Shown here one piece after another: positions 9,482 to 17,433 of a stretch of 64,000 bases of DNA (its first letter is position 1; each line of letters begins with the position of its first letter). The stretch spans positions 1,300,575 to 1,364,574 of the forward strand of contig CP070837.1 of NCBI GenBank assembly GCA_020341815.1. Reading direction: 5' to 3'. The position numbers and the translations under genes are program-made. This DNA comes from Candidatus Omnitrophota bacterium (GTDB taxonomy: Bacteria; Omnitrophota; Gorgyraeia; JAFGHF01). Under the pieces are notes generated by a model that did not search any database, was not told the origin of the DNA, and saw only the letters and a program-made list of their open reading frames with translations.

Positions 9482-9978
9482 GAAAGATAATAATTTATTT
9501 TTTGATTTCTGCAGCTTCTCTTGTCTTGCCGGCGAAAGAGACAGGGGCCGAAGAAGATAAGTACGCGCAGGTTATGCGCGAGATGGCTAAAATCCATTAT
9601 ACTCGCGCAAGGAGTTATTATCGTAATGCAGAATACATAAAGGCAAAGATAGAATTAAGAGAGGTTTTAAGACTCGCCCCCGGCCATCAGGGTGCCCTAT
9701 GGTATCTCGATTGCGTAGAAAGAGCCTTGGATAGTCAGAAAGAGGCCTGCGGAAGCCGCCAGGCGAAATTAGCGAAATTAGAAAGAGAAGACAGGCTCAG
9801 TGAGGTGCAGGTGGCATTAAGCGCAGCCCAAGAGATAGAAGTGGATGAGCGCGACGCCGAAAGGGACGAGATAATAAACGAACTTTACAGGAAAGGCAAG
9901 GACTATTTTTCCCGCGGCCTTTACGCGAAAGCCATTGCCTGTTTTGAAAAGGTAATAAAATTAGCAGGAAAATATTGA
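9478..9978 (+). CDS. Secreted TPR-like protein.
   Basis: Signal peptide plus TPR-like helices. The start overlaps the upstream stop (ATGA), suggesting translational coupling. Confidence 0.35.
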   Translation: MRKIIIYFLISAASLVLPAKETGAEEDKYAQVMREMAKIHYTRARSYYRNAEYIKAKIELREVLRLAPGHQGALWYLDCVERALDSQKEACGSRQAKLAKLEREDRLSEVQVALSAAQEIEVDERDAERDEIINELYRKGKDYFSRGLYAKAIACFEKVIKLAGKY

Positions 9979-9980
9979 GA

Positions 9981-10095
9981 TGAACCCCGCTCTTCCAAAA
10001 CATCACGCCTTGCATAAAAGATATGGGTGAAGGCGGTAGGAGGAAGGATGGGGATAAGGGTTTGGCATTACAAAGAAAGGAAGGGCGGGGTGAAG
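9981..10095 (+). repeat. MITE/REP-like inverted-repeat element, copy A (TIRs TGAACCCCGCTCTTCC ... GGAAGGGCGGGGTGAAG).
   Basis: It starts 2 nt after the upstream stop codon. Its interior is ~90% identical to copy B. The 3' terminus carries the GTG (10090) used as the bioY start. Confidence 0.7.
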
Positions 10096-10680
10096 GCCTT
10101 AGAGTTATCCCGGAGTTTTTTACATAGAGAAATCGCTCTTGATCGGACCGCATCAAGAGTAATAGGACTTTGCTGCTTTACTATCCTGACGGCTTTGGGG
10201 GCTTATGTGCGCATTCCCTTGCCGTTTACGCCGGTGCCTATTACCTTGCAGACCTTTTTTGTTTTGCTTTCCGGGGCAGTGCTGGGGAAGAAATGGGGAG
10301 CCTTGAGCCAGCTAAGCTATCTTTTGCTGGGCATTATGGGTTTGCCGGTCTTTACGGGGACTGGGGCGGGCCTATCTTACCTTTTTGGGCCCACGGGAGG
10401 ATATCTTCTGGGATTTGTTGCGGCCAGCTGGATAGTCGGGTCTGCGCTTGAGCGAAGGTCTGCAAATAATACAAGCCGGATTACGCTGGCGATACTCAGC
10501 GGCTCTTTAGCAGGAATTTATCTTTTCGGGATTTCGGGATTAAGGCTCTTTTTGCAGTGTAATTTCTCAAAGGCAGTGGCCTTGGGATTTTTACCTTTCA
10601 TACCCGGAGATATTATAAAGATTATTAGCGCAGTCTTTATCTATGGCAAAATTCAAAAAAGATGCCTAGAATTATTTTAA
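10090..10680 (+). CDS. bioY: Biotin transporter BioY (ECF S-component).
   Basis: 'TLQTFFVLLSGAVLGKKWGA...GLPVFTG...GPTGGYLLGF' is the BioY signature. The start is proposed at GTG 10090 inside the repeat terminus. The longer ORF-track start at 10027 would translate repeat sequence. Confidence 0.7.
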   Translation: MKALELSRSFLHREIALDRTASRVIGLCCFTILTALGAYVRIPLPFTPVPITLQTFFVLLSGAVLGKKWGALSQLSYLLLGIMGLPVFTGTGAGLSYLFGPTGGYLLGFVAASWIVGSALERRSANNTSRITLAILSGSLAGIYLFGISGLRLFLQCNFSKAVALGFLPFIPGDIIKIISAVFIYGKIQKRCLELF

Positions 10681-11291
10681 TTTCCTTGGCTATTCCGGTG
10701 TTTCTCATAGCCGCTTCCGCCTCAGCCGAAATGAAAGATGCGAGATTCCAGAACCGGCATGGAGTGAGAATCGCAACCAGCGACAGCGACGATAGTTTTT
10801 ATGTGACCCGGGCCGGGGCTCTTGTAGATTACAGTTTTCCCCGCTTGAATAAAATTATAAAAATTCTGCCCTTTTTCGAATACCAGCATAATCTCGATAA
10901 TGGCGCCTGGTGGAGAAAAGAAGCCGGCGTAGAAGTGGGCAGTTCTTTTTTTAATGATTGTTTTTACTGGGGTGCTTCCTTTCAGCATATCTGGCAGCAG
11001 GAGGAGAATTACGCTGTTGAGGCCAACGATGAGACCAGTGAATGGGAATCGCGTTTCGTGATTACCCCTCCCATAAAATGGTGGCTCTTTAAAGATAAAT
11101 TGACCTTGAAGCTTTTTGATGAATATACCTATGATTTCGAAAGAGGCCAGCCCACTATTAATGAAGTGGGCGTGAGTTTCGACTGGCAGATTAGCGAAAA
11201 AGTAAAAATGCCCCTTGGCTGGAGGCATATAGACAGGATTCATGATTTTGATTCTGACTTGATGGAAGTATCCGTATTGTTTTCCTTTTAA
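10662..11291 (+). CDS. Small secreted outer-membrane beta-barrel-like protein (hypothetical).
   Basis: Signal peptide; C-terminus '...SVLFSF' ends in Phe; alternating amphipathic strands. Confidence 0.3.
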   Translation: MPRIILISLAIPVFLIAASASAEMKDARFQNRHGVRIATSDSDDSFYVTRAGALVDYSFPRLNKIIKILPFFEYQHNLDNGAWWRKEAGVEVGSSFFNDCFYWGASFQHIWQQEENYAVEANDETSEWESRFVITPPIKWWLFKDKLTLKLFDEYTYDFERGQPTINEVGVSFDWQISEKVKMPLGWRHIDRIHDFDSDLMEVSVLFSF

Positions 11292-11307
11292 CCGGAGAGA
11301 GACAACT

Positions 11308-12267
11308 ATGAGACGACACATTGTATCTTTTGTAACGATGGTAATAATCTTAGGCAGCTATGCGAAGATTTCTTCTGCTTACTGGATCTGGACTCCCCAG
11401 ACCGGAAAGTTTATCAATCCCAAATATGCGGTAAAGGAGACGCCCCAGAAACAGTTTGACTGGGCGATGACTTTCTTTGAGGCCGAGGATTACAAAAAGG
11501 CAATCGCCGAATTCGAGAAGCTCATCAAGCATTATCCTCTTTCAAAGCTTGCGGCCTCCAGCCAGTTTCATCTGGCCTGGGCCCAGGAAAATACGGGGGA
11601 TTATTACAAGGCATTCAAGAGTTATCAACTGGTTATCGATAAATATCCCTACTCGGAACGGGTGGATGAGATAATCGAAAGGCAATACCGTATCGGTAAT
11701 CTCTTCTATAGCGGACAGAAGGCCAAGCTCTTAGGCGTGCCTATATTGCCCGCAAAAAAACAGGCCATAGAAATCTTTAGCGCAGTGGTTGAGAACGCCC
11801 CCTACGGCAAATACGCCCCTTATGCCCAGTACAAATTGGGTGAATGTTATATGGAGATAGAAGATTATATCAATGCGGCCTTGGCCTTTAAGAAAATTAT
11901 CGAGAGTTACCCCAAAAGCCCCTTAGTTGACGACGCCAAGTACCAGATAGCAATGTGCGCGGCAAATTCCACCAGCGGCCCGGAATACAATGAAGAGGAT
12001 ACGGATAAGGCGATTAAAGAATTTAAAGATTTCGTCAGGAGATATCCCGACAGCCAGATGGAAAAAGAGGCCCACCAGCTTATCGATAAACTGGAAGACC
12101 AGAAGGCCCAAAATCAATTCAATATTGCCCGTTTTTATGAAAAACAGAAAAACTTAGACAGTGCTATTATTTATTACGAGGAGATACTGGACAAATATCC
12201 CCAGAGTGAATGGGCGGTCAAGGCCCTGGAGCGGGTACAGATAATCCGCAAAGAGATGGAAAAGTAA
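11308..12267 (+). CDS. bamD: Outer membrane protein assembly factor BamD-like TPR lipoprotein.
   Basis: Signal sequence, multiple TPR motifs ('EDYKKAIAEFEKLIKHYP', 'ARFYEKQKNLDSAIIYYEEILDKYPQSEWA') and the ~300-aa size typical of BamD/YfiO. Confidence 0.5.
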   Translation: MRRHIVSFVTMVIILGSYAKISSAYWIWTPQTGKFINPKYAVKETPQKQFDWAMTFFEAEDYKKAIAEFEKLIKHYPLSKLAASSQFHLAWAQENTGDYYKAFKSYQLVIDKYPYSERVDEIIERQYRIGNLFYSGQKAKLLGVPILPAKKQAIEIFSAVVENAPYGKYAPYAQYKLGECYMEIEDYINAALAFKKIIESYPKSPLVDDAKYQIAMCAANSTSGPEYNEEDTDKAIKEFKDFVRRYPDSQMEKEAHQLIDKLEDQKAQNQFNIARFYEKQKNLDSAIIYYEEILDKYPQSEWAVKALERVQIIRKEMEK

Positions 12268-12270
12268 TTA

Positions 12271-12385
12271 TGAACCCCGCCCTTCCAAAACATCATACTT
12301 TGCATAATAGATATGGGCGAAGGTGGCAGGAGGAAGGATGGGGATAAGGGTTTGGCATTGCGAAGAAGGGAAGGGCGGGGTGAAG
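12271..12385 (+). repeat. MITE/REP-like element, copy B.
   Basis: It begins 3 nt after the bamD stop. The TIRs are TGAACCCCGCCCTTCC / GGAAGGGCGGGGTGAAG. The GTG at 12380 is the lptE start. Confidence 0.7.
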
Positions 12386-12940
12386 AGATTTAATTTTATA
12401 TTCTTATTATTGGCTATAGCATGCATGCAGGGTTGCGGCTATACCGCAGGTTCGCTGCTTCCTTCACACATCAAGACAATTCATATCCGCCCTTTCCGAA
12501 ATAAAATAGAGCTGACCGGGGAATTGAGACAGGAGGAATATCGTTTTCGCAGCTATCGCACGCATCTGGAAACGGATATCACCAAAGAGGTTATCTCGAG
12601 ATTCATAAACGACGGGCACCTCCAGGTGATTGATGAGAAAAATGCGGATGTAGTTTTGGAGGGTGAGCTGATCGATTATCTCAGCCAACCCGTGCGTTAC
12701 GGCTCCGATAACGAGACCGTCGAGGAATACAGAATCAGCATAGTCTGTTCCGTTAAGCTCAACGATATAAAGGAAAATAAACTTATGTGGCAGGAGTCGC
12801 GGATTATCGGCGATACCACTTATAGCGACAGCGACCAGAGTCAAGCGCGGGGATATTATACGAGCGAAAGCACTGCGGTATCCAGCGCTGTTTCCGATTT
12901 AGCCAGGCGCATTGTCAATCGCACCATTGAAGGATGGTAA
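12380..12940 (+). CDS. lptE: LPS-assembly lipoprotein LptE.
   Basis: From GTG 12380: 'VKRFNFIFLLLAIACMQGC|GY', a lipoprotein signal peptide with a lipobox. It lies immediately upstream of holA, the conserved lptE-holA synteny. ~185 aa. Confidence 0.55.
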   Translation: MKRFNFIFLLLAIACMQGCGYTAGSLLPSHIKTIHIRPFRNKIELTGELRQEEYRFRSYRTHLETDITKEVISRFINDGHLQVIDEKNADVVLEGELIDYLSQPVRYGSDNETVEEYRISIVCSVKLNDIKENKLMWQESRIIGDTTYSDSDQSQARGYYTSESTAVSSAVSDLARRIVNRTIEGW

Positions 12941-13806
12941 GCTCAAGAGAGGCACCAGTATATCTGCTCACCGGCAGCGAGCAATTCTTAAAAGAAGAAA
13001 ATCTCACTCGGATTAAATCCGCCCTTTTAGATGCGGCCTCGCGAGATTTCAACTTCAATGTCTTTTATGCAGGCTCCTGCGCGGTTAAGAAGATATTGGA
13101 ATGCGCCTCCACAGCGCCTTTTCTCGGGTCTAAAAGAGTGGTCCTGGTGCACCGAATCGAGGATTTTTCCGCCTCCGAAGAAAAGCTCATCCTTTCCTAT
13201 GTAAAAGTCCCCAATAAAGTTAGCGTGCTTATTCTAGAGACTTCAGAGAGCAATCTTAAACAGAGATTTTTTGCCGAGATTTGCAGGCATGCCCGGCTTA
13301 TTCGTTGTGATCCTCTTAAAGGAAGAGAGCTCGTCATTTGGCTTAAGAGGCAGGTTGCGGCCAAGGGTAAAAAAATAGAAGAGGCGGCCCTCCAGCTTTT
13401 ACTGGATACCTCAAGGCTTAGTTTGCAGGCTTTGGCTTTCTCTCTGGATAATCTTATTTTATATATCGGGCAGAAAGAGACGATTACCTGCGCTGACGTG
13501 GAGAAGTTAACCGGCTCAGACGATATGGCCTCAAGCGCATTTGAGCTTTATGATGCCGTTATTGCCGGTGAGAAAGAAAAATCTTTTGAGGTCCTGGAGA
13601 GTTTATGGAGAGATGGCGTAAGCTTCTCGCAGATCTTAGGGGCTTTAAGCTACAAGTTTATACTGAACAGGAATAGGATAAGTTCCGGCAGGCTCAAAGG
13701 CTATCTTTTGGATTTACAAAATACCGACAGGGATATCAAGACTTCAAGACAGGGACAAAAAATAGCGCTGGAACTTTTGACGGCGAGACTCTTAAACCTT
13801 GGTTAA
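12934..13806 (+). CDS. holA: DNA polymerase III delta subunit.
   Basis: N-terminus 'VYLLTGSEQFLKEE' with delta-subunit-like architecture; overlaps the lptE stop. Confidence 0.6.
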   Translation: MVSSREAPVYLLTGSEQFLKEENLTRIKSALLDAASRDFNFNVFYAGSCAVKKILECASTAPFLGSKRVVLVHRIEDFSASEEKLILSYVKVPNKVSVLILETSESNLKQRFFAEICRHARLIRCDPLKGRELVIWLKRQVAAKGKKIEEAALQLLLDTSRLSLQALAFSLDNLILYIGQKETITCADVEKLTGSDDMASSAFELYDAVIAGEKEKSFEVLESLWRDGVSFSQILGALSYKFILNRNRISSGRLKGYLLDLQNTDRDIKTSRQGQKIALELLTARLLNLG

Positions 13807-14052
13807 TTTTCGCATCAGGCGGGATTTTTTGCGCCAGGCTTTATTCTTATGAATTATCTTTTTGCTTGAGGCCTTATCTAATTTGGAGCTCAGCTGATTA
13901 AGTATCTTTTTTGCCTGCTCGACCTTTTTCTCATCCACAAGGGCTAAAAACTTCTTGTTTAAGGTCTTTAATTCAGAGATTGCCCCGATATTCCGCAGAT
14001 GTCTTTTTTTGGCCTTGCGCAGTTCTTTGAAGGCTGATTTTTTTATTGGCAT
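13792..14052 (-). CDS. rpsT: 30S ribosomal protein S20.
   Basis: 'MPIKKSAFKELRKAKKRHLRN...KKIIHKNKAWRKKSRL' is the S20 signature; divergent from murJ, as in many bacteria. Confidence 0.85.
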   Translation of the reverse strand: MPIKKSAFKELRKAKKRHLRNIGAISELKTLNKKFLALVDEKKVEQAKKILNQLSSKLDKASSKKIIHKNKAWRKKSRLMRKLTKV

Positions 14053-14118
14053 TATTTATTCCTCTTAATCTTTTGCCGCCTATTTGAGTACCAGTTAAGA
14101 TAACATATAAGGGGCGAT

Positions 14119-15759
14119 TTGTCAAGTATGGACGAAAATAAATCCCTGATAAAATCCACACGGGCAATCAGCGAGGCGACCTTTGCCAGCCGCATCCTGG
14201 GCTTTATCCGCGATGTTATCATCGCCCGGCTTTTTGGCACAGGCGTGCGCGCCCAGGCCTTTGTGGTGGCCTTTAGGATTCCTAACCTCTTGCGCAGCCT
14301 GGTGGGTGAAGGCGCCACAAATAGCGCCGTAGTGCCTGTCCTGGCCCGCCTGAATGAGCGGGGTAAAAGAGAGGAATTCTGGCAGGTGGCCAACTGCCTG
14401 TTGAATATCTTGATAGTAGTGCTGGCGGTCTTAACCTTACTGGGTGAGCTGCTTGCCCCGATTATCGTGCGCGCCATTGCCCCCGGCTTTATGAAGGACC
14501 CGCAGAAGCTATACCTGACTATACGGCTGACCAGATTTCTATTTCCTTATATTCTTCTGGTGGGCCTCTCCGCCTATGCGATGGCGGTATTGAACTCTCT
14601 TAAAAGCTTTGCCCTGCCAGCGCTTGCCCCCAGCATGCTTAATATCGCCCTGATTACCAGCGCCTTGATTTTCTGCCCGCGCTTAAAGGAGCCGGTTGAT
14701 GCCTTAGGCATAGGGGTGTTAAGCGGAGGGGTTCTGCAGTTAGCGGTCCAGGTGCCCCTGCTTCTCAAAAAGGGCCTGCTTAAAAAAAGAAGCTTTAGTT
14801 TTTTTCACCCCGCCCTTCTAAATACCACGCCTTACATAGGAGATGTGGGCGAAGGCAATAAAAAGAAGGGCGGGGTTCACCCCCGGGTAAAGGAGATGGG
14901 CAGGCTCTTTCTGCCGCGCACCTTAGGCATTGCAATATACCAGATTAATCTTTTTGTGGATACTATCTTTGCCTCTTTAACCTTTATAGTGGGTGAGGGC
15001 GCCCCGGCGGCCTTTCAGTATGCCAATCGCCTGGTGCAATTTCCCCTGGCCTTATTCGGCATAGCCTTAGCCCAGGCGGCACTGCCTGCTATGTCGGGCC
15101 TGGCCGCGCGCAAGGACTTTGCCCAGATGAGAAGGACGCTTTCCTTTTCTCTGCGCAGTGTTTTTACGATGATGCTGCCGGCCACGGTGGGGCTTATGGT
15201 GTTGGCACGCCCCCTGGTTAAGGTGATATTCGAGCGGGGCACCTTTAGCAGCTATTCTACGAACATCACCTCTTTTGTGCTTTTATTTTATTGTCTGGGG
15301 CTTACCGGCTATGCCGGCATAAAGGTGCTGGCCAGCTATTTCTACTCCCTGAAAGACACCTTTACCCCCAGTAAGGCAGCAGCCATTGCCCTGTTAATCA
15401 ATGTTATCTTAAACTTCCTTTTGATGCGGCCCTTAAAAATGGGGGGCCTGGCTTTGGCTACGGCAATCTCGGTTACAATTAATTTTGGCTGGCTTCTATT
15501 TGCCATGCGCAAGAGAATAGGAAAAATAGAGGGGCTTTTTGCTGCGCTGGGCAGGATTGTCTTGGCCGCCTCTATTATGGGGGCGGCTTTGTGGTTTGGC
15601 CTCTATCGCAGCGGGTTCCTCTGGGGCAGCGGGCTTATGCTTGCCTTTAAATTGTGCGCCTCTATTGCGCTGGGCGTATTGGTTTATTCGGGAGCCCTGA
15701 AGTTGCTTTCGCCTAGTGAGGCCGGGATATTTATCAGATGGATATTAAGGAGAAAATAA
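14119..15759 (+). CDS. murJ: Lipid II flippase MurJ, with a ~79-bp repeat element inserted in-frame.
   Basis: MurJ/MviN motifs ('RIPNLLRSLVGEGA', 'FLPRTLGIAIYQINLFVDTIFAS'). An extra ~25 aa ('SFSFFHPALLNTTPYIGDVGEGNKKKGGVHP') is encoded by the repeat copy at 14805-14883. Confidence 0.8.
   Translation: MSSMDENKSLIKSTRAISEATFASRILGFIRDVIIARLFGTGVRAQAFVVAFRIPNLLRSLVGEGATNSAVVPVLARLNERGKREEFWQVANCLLNILIVVLAVLTLLGELLAPIIVRAIAPGFMKDPQKLYLTIRLTRFLFPYILLVGLSAYAMAVLNSLKSFALPALAPSMLNIALITSALIFCPRLKEPVDALGIGVLSGGVLQLAVQVPLLLKKGLLKKRSFSFFHPALLNTTPYIGDVGEGNKKKGGVHPRVKEMGRLFLPRTLGIAIYQINLFVDTIFASLTFIVGEGAPAAFQYANRLVQFPLALFGIALAQAALPAMSGLAARKDFAQMRRTLSFSLRSVFTMMLPATVGLMVLARPLVKVIFERGTFSSYSTNITSFVLLFYCLGLTGYAGIKVLASYFYSLKDTFTPSKAAAIALLINVILNFLLMRPLKMGGLALATAISVTINFGWLLFAMRKRIGKIEGLFAALGRIVLAASIMGAALWFGLYRSGFLWGSGLMLAFKLCASIALGVLVYSGALKLLSPSEAGIFIRWILRRK
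14805..14883 (+). repeat. MITE/REP-like element, copy D (short variant), in-frame within murJ.
   Basis: The TIRs are TCACCCCGCCCTTC ... GAAGGGCGGGGTTCACCCC. The interior is homologous to copies A/B but with a ~45-bp deletion. Confidence 0.6.
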
Positions 15760-15871
15760 ACCCCGCCCTTCCTAAAAAACGTAAGTTAGGTATCAAAAAA
15801 AGAATTAGAGGACTTTACCTTTGCCAAAGAATATATGTAGACTAAGCAGAAAAATGAAGGGCGGGGTGAAG
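15757..15871 (+). repeat. MITE/REP-like element, copy C (divergent interior).
   Basis: It starts at the murJ stop (TAAACCCCGCCCTTCC) and ends GAAGGGCGGGGTGAAG. The uvrC ATG 15854 and GTG 15866 lie within it. Confidence 0.65.
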
Positions 15872-17263
15872 AGTTTTCCGGATAGCCCGGGCGTATATCT
15901 TATGAAGGATAAGCCCGGGCGCATACTTTATGTGGGCAAGGCCTCTTCCTTAAAGAGGCGAGTGAGCTCCTATTTCCAGAAGCCCCAAGCCGGCAAGACA
16001 CGAGTTTTGCTTTCGCGGACAAAAGATATAGAGTATATCCAGACCTCATCCAGCGCCCAGGCCTTATTGCTGGAGAATTCTTTAATCAAAAAGCACAGGC
16101 CTTATTATAACGCCGCCTTAAAAGACGATAAAAGTTATCCTTATGTGAAAGTCGACACGCCTCGTGCCTGGGGTGCAGTTACAATTACCAGAGGCAAAAA
16201 GGAAAAGGGCGCAAAATATTACGGGCCTTACACCAGTGTCAAATTGCTGAAGAGCGCAATCAAAACTTTAAGGGCGGTATTTCCCTTTAGAAGCTGCCGG
16301 CGCCTGCCTAAAAAACCCTGCCTTTATTTTCAGCTTAAGCTTTGTCCGGGGATGTGCATAAAAAAGATAGATAAAAAGGTTTATCGGGAAAACCTCAGGC
16401 AGCTGGGGTTATTCCTTGAGGGTAAGCACAAAGAGCTCATCTCGCAGCTCACGGATAAGATGCAAAAGGCCGCCAAGCGCGAATCCTTCGAAGAGGCGGC
16501 AATGCTGAGGGATAGAATTACCTCTTTATCGGAGATTATAACCCAGACCAAAGAGACGGGGCAGCAAGAGCTCATTTTTCAGCTTCAGAAGGAATTAAAT
16601 CTCACTCAAGCCCCCCGGCGCATCGAGGCCTTTGATGTTTCAGAGATTGCCGGAAGCGGCACAGTCGGCTCGATGGTTAGTTTCCTAGACGGAAAGCCCG
16701 ATAAAAACAATTATCGCAAGTTTAAGATAAAGACGGTAAAAGGCATTGATGACTATGCAATGATTTGTGAGGTCTTACGCCGCAGGTTCGCCAGGGCTCT
16801 CAAGAGCTCGCTTCCCGATTTGATTATGATTGACGGAGGGAAGGGCCATCTTTCATCAGCCCGTAAGGAATTGAGCGCTTTAGGGCTTTCGAAAATACCC
16901 GTTATTGCCCTGGCCAAGCGCCTGGAGAATATCTATACGCCTTCGGGTGAGGTCTTGAGCTTGCCTCGCGATTCAAAAGTATTACACCTCTTACAGCGCA
17001 TCCGTAATGAGGCGCACCGCTTTGCTATTTCCTATCACCGCAAATTGAGGCAAAAAGATATGCGCGCGTCTTTTCTGGATAAGATTGCCGGCATCGGCCC
17101 CAAAAAGAAAAGGGCTCTCCTGCGCCATTTTAAGTCTGCTCAGGCAATTAAAAAGGCAAGTGTAGAAGATTTGCTGAAGGTGAAAGGTATTGACAGGAAG
17201 ACAGCAGAAAGGATTATCAAATACTTAAAATTAAAGGATTTTTCTCAGTTTCCAACGAATTAA
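15854..17263 (+). CDS. uvrC: Excinuclease ABC subunit C.
   Basis: GIY-YIG module ('SPGVYLMKD...ILYVGKA'), a 'NEAHRFAISYHRKLR' endonuclease region and a C-terminal HhH ('KVKGIDRKTAERIIKYLK'). The start could instead be GTG 15866. Confidence 0.75.
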   Translation: MKGGVKSFPDSPGVYLMKDKPGRILYVGKASSLKRRVSSYFQKPQAGKTRVLLSRTKDIEYIQTSSSAQALLLENSLIKKHRPYYNAALKDDKSYPYVKVDTPRAWGAVTITRGKKEKGAKYYGPYTSVKLLKSAIKTLRAVFPFRSCRRLPKKPCLYFQLKLCPGMCIKKIDKKVYRENLRQLGLFLEGKHKELISQLTDKMQKAAKRESFEEAAMLRDRITSLSEIITQTKETGQQELIFQLQKELNLTQAPRRIEAFDVSEIAGSGTVGSMVSFLDGKPDKNNYRKFKIKTVKGIDDYAMICEVLRRRFARALKSSLPDLIMIDGGKGHLSSARKELSALGLSKIPVIALAKRLENIYTPSGEVLSLPRDSKVLHLLQRIRNEAHRFAISYHRKLRQKDMRASFLDKIAGIGPKKKRALLRHFKSAQAIKKASVEDLLKVKGIDRKTAERIIKYLKLKDFSQFPTN

Positions 17264-17321
17264 CTTAGTCTAGCTTATCAACTGTCCATCCTGTCTTTTA
17301 CGCCTAACGTCGCAAATAACC

Positions 17322-17373
17322 GATAGTCTAAAGCAGAGCGACGAAGAACGAGAAGCGCTGCTTTAGACTATCC
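17322..17373. repeat. 15-bp perfect inverted repeat (GATAGTCTAAAGCAG ... CTGCTTTAGACTATC) at the uvrC / low-GC island boundary.
   Basis: Direct reading; no downstream U-run, so not a canonical intrinsic terminator. Confidence 0.5.
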
Positions 17374-17433
17374 GAGTTAATTTACCTTGTTAGGTTTTGA
17401 CTAATTACCGCCTCCTGCTTAGGTGGTTTACAT

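Noticed and set aside
10027-10089. Longer N-terminal extensions in the ORF track for bioY (10027), the lptE region (12323), uvrC (15821) and lptF (to 45332).
   Set aside because: These extensions translate the interior of the repeat elements (for example MKAVGGRMGIRVWHYKERKGGVK / MAGGRMGIRVWHCEEGKGGVK). The repeats are intergenic, non-coding and near-identical, and plausible RBS+GTG starts lie at the element's 3' end.
17322-17373. The palindrome after uvrC as a rho-independent terminator.
   Set aside because: There is no U-tract on either strand after the stem. It is retained as a possible recombination or island-boundary feature instead.
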